A stretch of DNA of 60,141 bases, filler included, from Basidiobolus meristosporus CBS 931.73 (taxonomy: Eukaryota; Fungi; Basidiobolomycota): NCBI GenBank assembly GCA_002104905.1. It is 3 parts of 3 records of this genome, joined end to end, with 100 filler letters (N's around TTAATTAATTAA, not from the genome) between each part and the next. Parts side by side here need not be neighbours in the genome. Positions count along the whole stretch, not along the records: positions 15,107 to 45,712 come from MCFE01000848.1; positions 45,813 to 60,141 come from MCFE01001180.1; 1 more part is not named here. One strand, given 5' to 3'. The position numbers and the translations under genes were made by a program. The notes beneath the pieces were generated by a model. That model was not told the origin of the DNA. It did not search any database and saw only the letters and a program-made list of their open reading frames with translations. Below, one piece after another: positions 39,141 to 49,411 of this stretch. The number at the start of each line of letters is the position of its first letter. Position 1 is the stretch's first letter.

Positions 39141-40073
39141 ATGTCCAACCTAGAGCTGAACTTTGCCCAGCTCATGGCTGCCTTTACCCAACTGCAGCAA
39201 GACCATGCAGACCTCAGAAACACTCTTGCTCAGTTCCAGAACCAAAGTGTCCAGCAAACTAGCCATGTCCCAGTCTACCAAGAACCCAAGTATACTCCTG
39301 CTACCAAGTTCAATGGCTCTCAGAATGAATTCCGTGGCTTCATCAACATGGTGAAGAACAATCTTGCACTCCAGCCCAACCGGTACCCCACTGACCAGGC
39401 CAAAGTTGGTTTCATCTCCAACCTGCTTACTGGTACAGCTCTCAAGTGGTTCTCCCCATTAGTGGAGACCAACTCTCCCCTCCTCAGAGACTACCAAGCT
39501 TTCCTCACTGAAATGGAGCTAACATTTGGTAACCTTGACCAAGCCAGAATTGCTGCCAACAAGATCAAGACCCTCAAGCAAGGGAACAAACCAGCATCAG
39601 TCTATGCCTCAGAATTCCAACAACTCTCCAGTGACCTCAGCTCCTGGGGTCAAGCAGCCTTGATTAGCCAATTCCAAGATGGCCTCAATGATGAAGTTTA
39701 TGATCTGCTACTCACACTCCCAGATCCAGATACATTGGTTGAGGCTATGCACCAAGCAATCCGGTGTGATAACAGACTATTCCAGAAGAAGCAAAAGAAC
39801 CGTCAAAGATACATTCCTGTTGCAGTCCCAGCCCCTCCTGCTCCCCAAGTCACTCCAGAAGATCCTATGCAGATTGATAGTGCCAAATACAAGAAACTAT
39901 CAAAGAGTGAAAAGTCCAGACGTCAACAAGCCAACCTCTGTCTATACTGTGGCCAACCAGGTCACTTTGCCAAGTCCTGCCCTAACAAGAAGTCCAGTTT
40001 CAAGCTGATGCAGTCCTCCAGCAACCAACCTGATCCAGATCTGTCGGGAAACTCCAATGTCCAGTTGCACTGA
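39141..40073 (+). CDS. gag: Gag (310 aa) with CCHC zinc knuckle
   Basis: Open frame; KFNGSQNEFRGF..KVGFISNLLTGTALKWF capsid; CLYCGQPGHFAKSC. The ORF track starts earlier, at a TTG (39111). Confidence 0.93.
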   Translation: MSNLELNFAQLMAAFTQLQQDHADLRNTLAQFQNQSVQQTSHVPVYQEPKYTPATKFNGSQNEFRGFINMVKNNLALQPNRYPTDQAKVGFISNLLTGTALKWFSPLVETNSPLLRDYQAFLTEMELTFGNLDQARIAANKIKTLKQGNKPASVYASEFQQLSSDLSSWGQAALISQFQDGLNDEVYDLLLTLPDPDTLVEAMHQAIRCDNRLFQKKQKNRQRYIPVAVPAPPAPQVTPEDPMQIDSAKYKKLSKSEKSRRQQANLCLYCGQPGHFAKSCPNKKSSFKLMQSSSNQPDPDLSGNSNVQLH

Positions 40074-40090
40074 CAGGCTTGCAACTGGAC
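40046..40090 (+). promoter_or_regulatory. -1 programmed ribosomal frameshift signal
   Basis: G GGA AAC heptamer in gag phase (40046-40052), 6-nt spacer, then a perfect 11-bp hairpin GTCCAGTTGCA/TGCAACTGGAC. pol lies in the -1 frame. Confidence 0.85.
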
Positions 40091-43000
40091 CCACCCATGA
40101 AAATCCAGCATATCCAAGAATCTTCCTTTGCCACAAAATCTATCCAGTCCTTGAGAATGCCTGTCAAAATCCAGATCCCTGACTCTGGTCCTGTCCCAGC
40201 CCTAGCCCTGATTGATTCCGGTGCTTCATCCTGTTTCATTGACTAAGCCTTTGTCCAGAAGCACTCTATTCCTGTTACCTTGAAATCCTGTCCAGTCCAA
40301 GTAGAAGTTATTGATGGAAGATCACTCTCCTCTGGTGCCGTTACCCATGAAACATGCTTACTCCAGCTGTCCAGTACTGCCCACCAAGAAAGAATTGCCT
40401 TCAACATCATCAACTCACCACACTATCCTATTGTGCTTGGAAGCTCATGGTTGAGCTACCACAATCCGAGTATTGATTGGAAATCCAAGATCCTGTCATT
40501 CACCAGATCCCACCAAGTCAATTCCATGAAATCTCCAGATCCTGATAACCGTGAAAAGACGGTTGCCAACAGTTCAACAGCCCAAGATACCTTGCCAGCT
40601 GAAGGAGCCCCCTCAGCAACTATACCAGCCAAGTACCAAGAGTTTGCCCATGTCTTTGACAAGAAGAAAGCAGAACTCCTCCCTGACCATTGGCCTTATG
40701 ACTGCCCTATTGACCTTGAAGATGGAAAAGTCCCTCCATTTGGCCCAATATATAACCTCTCCCAGCCGGAGTTGAAAGAACTCCATGGTTATATTCAAGA
40801 AAACCTCCAGAAGGGTTTTATTCAGCACTCCAAATCACCTGCTGGAGCCCCAATCCTCTTTGTCAAGAAGAAGGATGGCACCCTCAGAATGTGTGTGGAC
40901 TACCGTGCTTTGAATAAGATCACAGTCAAGAACCGCTACCCCCTGCCCCTGATCAACACACTGTTGGATCAGCTATCTGCTGCCCAAGTCTTCACCAAGA
41001 TAGACTTGAGAGGAGCTTACAATCTTGTCAGAATCAAGCCTGGTGATGAATGGAAAACTGCCTTTTGCACAAGATATGGTCACTTTGAGTACAAAGTAAT
41101 GCCATTTGGCCTCACCAATGCCCCTGCTGTGTTTCAACACCTCATGAATGATATATTCCGTGAATACCTTGACCAGTTTGTGGTAATCTACCTTGACGAT
41201 ATTCTCATATACTCCAAGAGCCAAGATGAACATGATGAACATGTCAAGAAAGTATTGAGAAAACTAGACTCTGCCGGTCTCTATGCCAAGTTAGAGAAGT
41301 CTGAATTTGACCAGAGAGAAGTGGAATTTCTTGGTTACCTCATCAGCCCTGAGGGAACAAGAATGGACCCAAAGAAAGTTGACTCAGTCCAGTCCTGGAA
41401 AACTCCAAGCTCAGTCAAGGAAGTACAATCCTTCCTGGGATTTGCCAACTTCTATCGCAGGTTCATAGCCAACTACTCCAAGATAGTCACCCCTCTGACA
41501 AAGCTAACCCCAAAGAACACACCTTTTGCCTGGAATGAGGAGCAATCCACCTCATTCAACCAACTTAAGAAATCTTTCCTGAAGGCCCCCCTGCTTGCCC
41601 ACCCTGACCTTGAGAAGCAATTCATAGTGGAGACTGATGCTTCTGATTTTGCCCTTGGTGCCATACTCTCCCAGTATGATGAGGACAATGTGTTGCACCC
41701 CATTGCATTCTACTCTCGGAAGTTTTCCCCTGCAGAGATTAACTATGATATCTATGATAAGGAGTTGCTTGCCATCATTGTAGCCTTTGAGCAATGGAGA
41801 CACTACCTGGATGGTGCTAAACACAAAATCAAAGTCTTCTGTGACCATAAGAACCTTGAGTACTTTGCAACTTCTAAAGTACTAAACCGGAGACAAGCCA
41901 GATGGTCACTCTTCCTGTCCAGCTTTGACTTTACTATCACCTATAGACCTGGTGCAAAGCAAGGAAAGCCTGATGCCCTGTCCAGAAAAAAGGAATATGC
42001 CCTGGAAGAGGGAGATGATGCCTGTCGGCAAATGGAACACCCATTGCTGAGCAAGAAATATTTTGAGATTCTTGCCACCCAGTCCTCAAGTCTTGTCATC
42101 CCTTCATTCGTAGTAAGGATATCAGAATCCCAAGCCTCTGATATGACTTCCAGCACCGTCAAGAAATATCTCAAATCCCCAGTTGGGCCCCCTCCCAAGT
42201 TCCCAAACATCCAGAACCTGCATTTGGTAAACAACCTCATCTACCACAAGCAGCAGCTTTATGTCCCAGATCTTGCCACCCAACTAGACATCATTAAGTC
42301 TCGGCATGATTCAATGGTTGCAGGCCACTTTGGTACTGCCAAAACCTTGAATGCTATCAAAAGAGATTTCTGGTGGCCTAGAATGATAACTCTTATCAAA
42401 GAATACATTCTGACTTGTGATATTTGCAACCGTACAAAACCAGCCAGACACCAGCCTTATGGACTTCTTCAGCCCCTGCCTATCCCAGAACACCAATGGA
42501 GATCTATATCTATGGACTTCATTACTGACCTCCCTGAGTCATGTGGCTTCAATGCTATACTTGTAGTGGCTGACCAGCTGACCAAGATGGCTCACTTTAT
42601 CCCTTGCTGTAAGAACACTGATGCAAAAGAAACAGCTGCTTTAGTCCTGAAGAATATTTTCCGCCTTCATGGTATCCCCAGTGATATTGTGTCAGATAGA
42701 GGCCCACAGTTTGTGTCCAAGTTTTGGAAACACTTCACGCAATACCTTGGTGTTCAAGTCAAGCTCTCTACTGCCTTCCATCCACAGTCCGATGGCCAGA
42801 CTGAAAGAATCAACCAGATTCTAGAGCAATACCTCCGGTGCTATATCAATTACCAGCAAGACAATTGGGTTGATCTACTCCCTGTTGCTGAGTTTGCCTA
42901 CAACAACTCAAGCCATAGTGCAACCGGTTTTACACCATTCTATGCAAACTATGGATTCCACCCTCAGTTTGATATCCAGATTCCAACAAACCCAATGAGC

Positions 43001-43594
43001 CCACATGCAGCTGAACATGCCCAAGCAATCCAGGACATCCAGAACACCCTCAAGGAAGAGCTATCATTAGCTCAGGAAAGCTACAAGAAATTTGCCAATC
43101 TAAAACAGCATCCCAGCCCTGATCTTAATGAAGGAGATTCTGTATGGTTGCTCAGAAGAAACATCTGCACCAACCGCCCTTGTGACAAGTTGGATTTCAA
43201 GAAACTTGGTCCCTTCAAGATCAAGAAGAAGCTTAGCCCTATAGTATATCAGCTACAGTTACCAGCAAGTATGAAAATCCACAATACTTTCCATGTGTCC
43301 CTCCTGGAGCCGTATTGTAGGAACACATTGCCAAACCGGCAAGAAGCAAAGCCCCAAGCCATCCAGGTTGACCAACATCAAGAATTTGAAGTTAAACAGA
43401 TTCTAGACTCCAAGTATATCCAGTCAAAGCTGTACTACTTAGTAGACTGGATTGGTTATGGCCCAAGTGACCAAACATGGGAACCAGCTACCCATCTCAC
43501 TAATTGTCAAGAACTGGTTACCCAGTTCCACCAACAATATCCTGCAAAACCTGCCCCAAAGGGAAACAGAGCTTTGCCTGGAAGAGGAGAATAG
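40046..43594 (+). CDS. pol: Pol (PR-RT-RNase H-IN-chromodomain) with one in-frame TAA at 40244-40246
   Basis: ALIDSGAS (PR); YLDDILIY (RT); [12 protein letters not shown] (RH); GHFG..WWP..CDIC and SDRGPQF..DGQTE (IN); [26 protein letters not shown] (chromodomain). 1104 aa are open after the stop. Confidence 0.93.
43581..43594 (+). promoter_or_regulatory. Polypurine tract
   Basis: GAAGAGGAGAATAG immediately before the 3' LTR. Confidence 0.8.
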
Positions 43595-44123
43595 TGTCAT
43601 GATCACATGACAACCATGAACACCCACGCCAAGTTTCAGCTTCCTAGCTCAATTTGTAAGAGATTCCTACTGGAACCTTCTACCACCTTCCAGAAAGTTC
43701 CTGACCATTCCAAACCATTGTTACACAATGGAACATTCCATGGAAGCTTTCCATCGTATTTTTCATAGTCTAGTACCATATATGGAAATACCAGGTCACA
43801 TGACTTAGTCACATGATCAGGTGACCCAATCCATTTCCCCATCCTGTCTCAGTGCCGTGTCATCTATGTCATTATCCCCAGCACCATTGCTGTGCCTCAC
43901 CCCACAACCCTATTAGTATTAGCTAATATCTCTTGGCATCAGTATAGCCAAAAAGTATATATAGTCCTATTCCCCCTTAAGTATTCCTCAGTCTGATAAA
44001 CACAGGTCTTGAATAAACAGCCTTGCCTTGGAAATCCGCCTTGCCTTGTTGATCCACACCTAAGTCCTTTCCTGGTCCTGCCTTGCCTAGCCCTACTCTC
44101 CTGCCTTGTGTCTATTCATAACA
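43595..44123 (+). repeat. 3' LTR
   Basis: Direct repeat of 38206-38734. Confidence 0.97.
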
Positions 44124-45712
44124 CTAGGCAGTTACTTTGCAAATGCTGTACACCCCAAATATTCTCCAAAGTACTGTACTTTCACTGTATCCATACCAAG
44201 CTGCAGATGGGATAAAATCAACAAGAGCTTGGTTAAAACCCTCATTTTCAAGGTGTACAGCCATCACAAGAGATTCCACCAAACTATCATAGGATAATTT
44301 TGGATCATGTATCATATATCTTGCCGTATCAGTTATTAAGCTGTTGGCACATTCTGCTGCTCCATGTTGTTGCAGGGAGTACAGTACAGAAGCCTCTTGC
44401 TAAATCCCATGAGTTTTGCCAGAGTGGATAAGTAGTTTTGAAGTATATTCCCACACTGCAAACATTTAGAATTTTGATAGATCCAAGTTGGTATGATAAA
44501 AACAAAAGATGCTGATGTTTTTATTTAAATTGTTTTTTCCTGTAATAAATCATAATTACCCTAAACTATCAACATTTGAAAAGGTATGGAGTTATATTAA
44601 TATTATATTAATTATTTTCATACTTATATTTTCAAACCTTAGCAATTCTAATACATATAATATGGCATTATTAAATTTCTGTTACTTGGGATATCAGTTC
44701 TAAAAGTTATGAGATTTGGAATTGGGTTTTGTTACCTCCACTATATGTAATGGCAAAATACTCTGTGAAAATAAGCATGAAAACTTTTAGGACATTATAC
44801 AAGAAATCCCAATAAATTCTTTAGACTTTTTAAACACTTATCCAATGCTTAGTTAGACAAATCCTATGATATTTTGTTAAATGATAAAATTTTGACAAAA
44901 GTCCGTTTTTCTTTTAATGTACAATTATATTTGTAATTTCACATTTTATAATTCATTTAGCCAAAATGTTTTCTAGATGACAAAAAATATTCTTTAAAAC
45001 CCAAGTTAGATGTAGAATACATATAACATCTTAAACCAAATAAATTAGAAGAAATTAAAATTATTTTTTTAGGGAAATAAAATTTAAATTAAGTAGATGT
45101 TAAGTTTGATTTTTAATTTTTTTTTTTGATATTTGAATATGATGTTTAATATCTGATATTTGATGTTTAAATTTGATTTTCTAAAAATATATTTAGCTAT
45201 AATTTTTATTAACTTTAAAAGTGTACTTGTTTGAAGGTGAGTATGTGGCTTCCTTCACTGCTTCTAAGGTTCACTTACACATTTCATTCTCTAATTGCCT
45301 CAGGAGATCTATATCACCCCTGAAACCTTCTCAACTGGAACTACTAAATATTGGGTATAAAGTTCCTTGTGGTATGTCAAGTGTTAAGATACTCCAGAAT
45401 TAGTATACCACATCTGTGAATCCTTAATAGTGGCCATATTTAGTGCTGGTATGAATAAGCTTACCTTCAGTTGTTGCAGCATCTCAATATTTGTGCTGCT
45501 TTTTCTGATAATATCTCTTTTTAGTCACTGGATGGATGTGTGTCCTACCCCTTAACAATAGTTGCATAATAGCTTACTGTTGCCCTTCAAGGGTTGAGGG
45601 TACCCTCCTTTGCTGGTTGTCATTGCCTACTGAGGTGTTTTCCTTTCCTTCTTAATGGAGCTTTTTTTGCTTGATTCTTCATTCAGGAGCCTTTCACGTA
45701 TGTGATTTAAGG

Positions 45713-45812
45713 NNNNNNNNNNNNNNNNNNNNNNNNNNNNNNNNNNNNNNNNNNNNTTAATTAATTAANNNNNNNNNNNNNNNNNNNNNNNNNNNNNNNN
45801 NNNNNNNNNNNN
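45713..45812. other. Assembly spacer with TTAATTAATTAA linker
   Basis: N44-linker-N44. Confidence 0.95.
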
Positions 45813-46025
45813 TGGCTTTATCCAATGAACTTGCAGAAGTGGATGAAGAGCATTGAGGTGTGTTGTCCACCATTGTCAGAGTGTATTTTTGTGATTTTTT
45901 CACCAGCTTCTCTCTCCACCATTGCATTAAACTCCATGGACTTAGACAGAGTTTCTTTCTTTCTCTCCATGAAGTAGACCTACTTATATCTAGTATAATT
46001 ATCAATAAAGTGATGAAATACTTAG
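45813..46025 (-). pseudogene. pol: Copia family-1 integrase fragment
   Basis: Homologous to 7445-7650 (VYFMERKKETLSKSMEFNAMVERE..SDNGGQ). Confidence 0.8.
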
Positions 46026-48167
46026 CCCTATGAGAAATTATAGTAATGATCCCTTCAAAGGGTTGTCACAAAGCTAAAGTCCCATGACTAGGAGGTACTG
46101 ATACTGTCAGGACACTGTCCAGAGACTGTTGAAAAATAATTAAACCCCAGATTTTACAAAAAACTTGGTCAAAATTTTTCATCACAACAATGTATAAGTA
46201 ACATTTGATTGGTTCTCTGCCAATTTGGTCACTTTCTGATCCTGGACACTCTATCACCTCCTACACTTGTGTGCATTGATTGGCTATTGCCTCTTTTTCA
46301 CACTTCTTACTTCCCAACTGAACCATTTCTCTTACTTTTCATGCATTCAAATTGATTTATTACCACTGAAACTTCAGTTGTACCATAATTTCCAACTGTA
46401 TTGATCTATGCAAGTCCCTATACCCTACACTAACATTAAGCCCAACCCCACTCTCAGCAACTAACTTCACTAAAATCCACCACTTGATAAGTATCTCTGC
46501 TGTAACACTCTAGTCCCACAACTTTAGCAGGAACCCAATGTCTTTATTCCACTGTTCATTCACTGGTTCCCACACATCCTGGTCTTCAGCTGGCACTGCA
46601 AGGTCAAGCACCTCATCTGCCAGTCTTTGCAATAAATCCTTGCAATATTCAAGTGTATTTTCTTGGGTACTGCTTGTGAAGAAGTGCTTCAACCTCTAGG
46701 TGTACCTATTAATGTTCCAAAAATCCCCTGAAGGCATTGTTATAGTCTTTCAAGCTCTTGATGTTATAGCCTTGTCTGTTAGTGGGATCTCCACTCTGTC
46801 AACAATGAAGGATGTGGAGGTTGTGGTAAACAAATTGCCTTTTTCTGCAAGCTCATCCACCTTGCTGGAGTGTAGCTCAACTGGCTGAGCTTCCAACTCT
46901 TGTGAAAACAGCTATTTTCTTGTTGGTAATTCTTCTTGGCTGTGATGGGATTCAGTCTGTTCCTGGCTTGTGGCATTAATTGACAAGAACTGCAGTGTTT
47001 TCTGCATGCCTAGCTGACTCAGGCTTGGGTAGACATTTTTCCCTTTACCTTTTCCTTTATCACTGCCAGGTCTTTCACTGCTACTTTGTTTGCAAGCTTC
47101 TTGTAATGAACTACATTTTCTCCTTGATAAATTCTGCTCTGACGCATCTGTTTTGGCCTGCTTGTCCCTTGCAACACTCTTCTGGCAACCTGAAGTTTCT
47201 TTTCTGCTTGTTTCAAGCTCTCAACTGTAGCTGTATTGGGCTCCTGTAAAAGTTGCTGGTTTTTGTCACTGCTAGGTCCTTCACTGCTACTTTCACTAAG
47301 TGCTTCTTGAGTAGGACTACACTTTTTCCTTGATAAATGTTGTGCTGGTGCATCCATGTCTGCCTGCTTGTCCCTAATTGGCACTCTTTCAGCTACCTGA
47401 TATCTCTTTGATGCTTGTCTGGAGCTTTTGTCCCTGCTTGTAATGGGCTCTTGAGGAAGCCACTGGTCTTTAGCCATGGAGCCCTTGTTCTTCTGCCATT
47501 GATAGTTTCTGCTACTCTTATGATACTTTTTTAGCATACCAGCACTGGCCCAAAGTCTATTTGCCTGTTTGAATCCAGGATAATGCTGATGGAATAAGTC
47601 AAGTGTATTCTGCTTGGCCATGAGTTCCTGATAGTCCCATAATATGCCAGCCTTAAGGTGATGGCATGCTAGACTTCTGTTGACCTCTTAGCTATTTGCC
47701 CACCCTTCATTATTGAACTCAGTGGCTTCACAGATCTTCAATGTCTTTTGATTTTTAGGCTTTGGTATAAACACCACATTGTGTCCCTCCCATGCAGTGA
47801 TAGGTTCTTCTGTGGGCTTATATTTTGGCACTGTTGTTGTGCTTCAAAGACTGTACTGAGTTCCTCTGCTGTTACATTGGGCAGTGGCTCAATTCTTGGC
47901 TGTGACATTGAGCTATTTGAGTTCCTTCTTTGCAGCAAAGGTACTGCTTTCTCTACCTGGGATACTGATTGCTCCACATGTATTAGACTTGTTCCGTTGG
48001 ATAGTGCCACATAGTGCCAGCCGGTTTATAGTGCCGGATCGATCTGGCACTCTAAGGCACTATCTGGCACTATAATTTCTACCATGATGCCAGTGGTATG
48101 ATACAGTTACTGGTAATTTTACTTAATCTTACTTATGTTGCTCAGAATAGTGCTTTCCTTGCTTTAT

Positions 48168-48818
48168 TTACTCTTCATAATGCTCCAGACACATTTCTCT
48201 CAGTGGACGTCTTCTTGTATGAACATACTGTGCATTGATAAGTATCTTAACTATTTTACCTATTCTGCTGTTTTCTCCTATATATGACTTTCCTCTGTAT
48301 TTACCTGCCAATATGCTGAATCTCTTCAGATATCCAAATGTGTGCTCTACCCTTACTCTGAAATGATTAAATATCTCATTGTAGAGCTTCTGCTTCCTGC
48401 TAAGCACACCATTCCTTGGCTTCCTATAAGCTGTAATACATCCTAATCTCTGACAATCCTCTCCTATATAGGCCAAGTCTGCCATACATTTCTCCCCTCT
48501 ACTGAATTCAGGATGATTCTCTACCCAGAGTGCTTTGTCATGCCTACTTCCAGCAAATGGCCCACTAAACCAGATGATGCTACCCTCAATGTCAGACAGT
48601 GCTTGAAACTTCACACAGTGTGCCTTGTACTTGCCAGAATAAAAGTGCCTCTGCCCTCTAGAAGGTCTGTTAATCCTCACTGGGAAGGTATCCAAAATAC
48701 TCCTGATATGGAACCTGTTGCTGAACACTCTGGGATATGGAAGTCTATTGGAGCTTCTGAACCTAGTATTCCAAGCTTGCTCTAAGTCATTCATACCCTC
48801 TGCAAGGTGGTTCTCCAT
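48168..48818 (-). CDS. DDE_Tnp_4 / HARBI1-like transposase (216 aa open; homologous frame extends to ATG 49052 with a TAA at 49032-49034)
   Basis: ILDTFPV..YSGKYKAHCVKFQ..GPFAGSRHD..MADLAYIG..RVRVEHTFGYLKRFSIL, with the D-D-E triad intact. Copy 52334-55746 has TGG where this copy has TAA. Confidence 0.9.
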   Translation of the reverse strand: MENHLAEGMNDLEQAWNTRFRSSNRLPYPRVFSNRFHIRSILDTFPVRINRPSRGQRHFYSGKYKAHCVKFQALSDIEGSIIWFSGPFAGSRHDKALWVENHPEFSRGEKCMADLAYIGEDCQRLGCITAYRKPRNGVLSRKQKLYNEIFNHFRVRVEHTFGYLKRFSILAGKYRGKSYIGENSRIGKIVKILINAQYVHTRRRPLREMCLEHYEE

Positions 48819-49411
48819 TGCTGTCAGCTGGGAATGAAAGCTTCTAGGACTTTTGTTGCCATGGATGGTGGGATGAAACCTTGTAGGGCAATAGTTCTTG
48901 TAATAGCAGAGAAGCTTAACAAGGGATCTCCTTGAGTAGATTGGGGTTGATGGTCCACAGTACTTGGAATAGATCTCCTCCAGTGTGTCAAAAGGAAATC
49001 CAGTGGTAGTGATGGGATTGATGAGAAAAGATTATTCAGATGAGTAAGTCATATTAAAATTGATGGATGATTGTATGGAGGCGGTTTGAATTGATTTGGC
49101 GCGATCTGCGTTATTTATCTGATTTTTAACACATTATGGTTAAATCTCCATCAATTGCCATGTATCCCATCATTATGTTGCAAAAATCATCCGCAAACAA
49201 TGCCTTGGTACTTTTATAGATGCTTTAATCATAGGTCTATAATCAAATAGGAAATCTGCAATTGATGTGATCTGATCCGTGTCAACGCAATCCAAGATGC
49301 ATCATGCATAATATATGGAAAATTCAACAATCACTTTAGTTTTCATATATATTTCATATAAGACCAGGTTGATGCCAATATACTGCTGTATAAGTATCCA
49401 AATCCGTTGCT

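Larger units (their letters stand above)
38206..44123 (+). mobile_element. Ty3/gypsy chromovirus (Tf1/sushi-like), near intact, 5918 bp
   Basis: Two 529-bp LTRs differ at 6 positions by my comparison. Perfect TSD CTAGG (38201-38205 and 44124-44128). gag followed by PR-RT-RH-IN-chromodomain. Confidence 0.98.
36650..45712 (-). mobile_element. Decayed copia (gag 3'-PR-IN-RT-RH); host of the chromovirus insertion
   Basis: gag/PR at 45220-45712; IN at 44124-44460 continues at 38205 (LRIFGCTAFAK..|..VFLGYCNKSKA); RT at 36940-37690; STEAEYMAAW (RH) near 36800. Confidence 0.75.

Noticed and set aside
47998-48075. GTGCCA repeats as a CRISPR or iteron array
   Set aside because: The motifs are only 6 bp, irregularly spaced and in mixed orientation, and they sit at a transposon end; there are no spacers or cas genes.
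48513-48785. Recurrent antisense ORF MILYPECF.. (also 16640-16912 and 54946-55128)
   Set aside because: It is a shadow of the transposase strand. It cannot be excluded, but there is no supporting signal.
48168-48818. Domesticated HARBI1 gene or bacterial IS5 contamination
   Set aside because: The ORF lies between TIRs with a TSD, has several decayed copies, and is nested in eukaryotic TEs.
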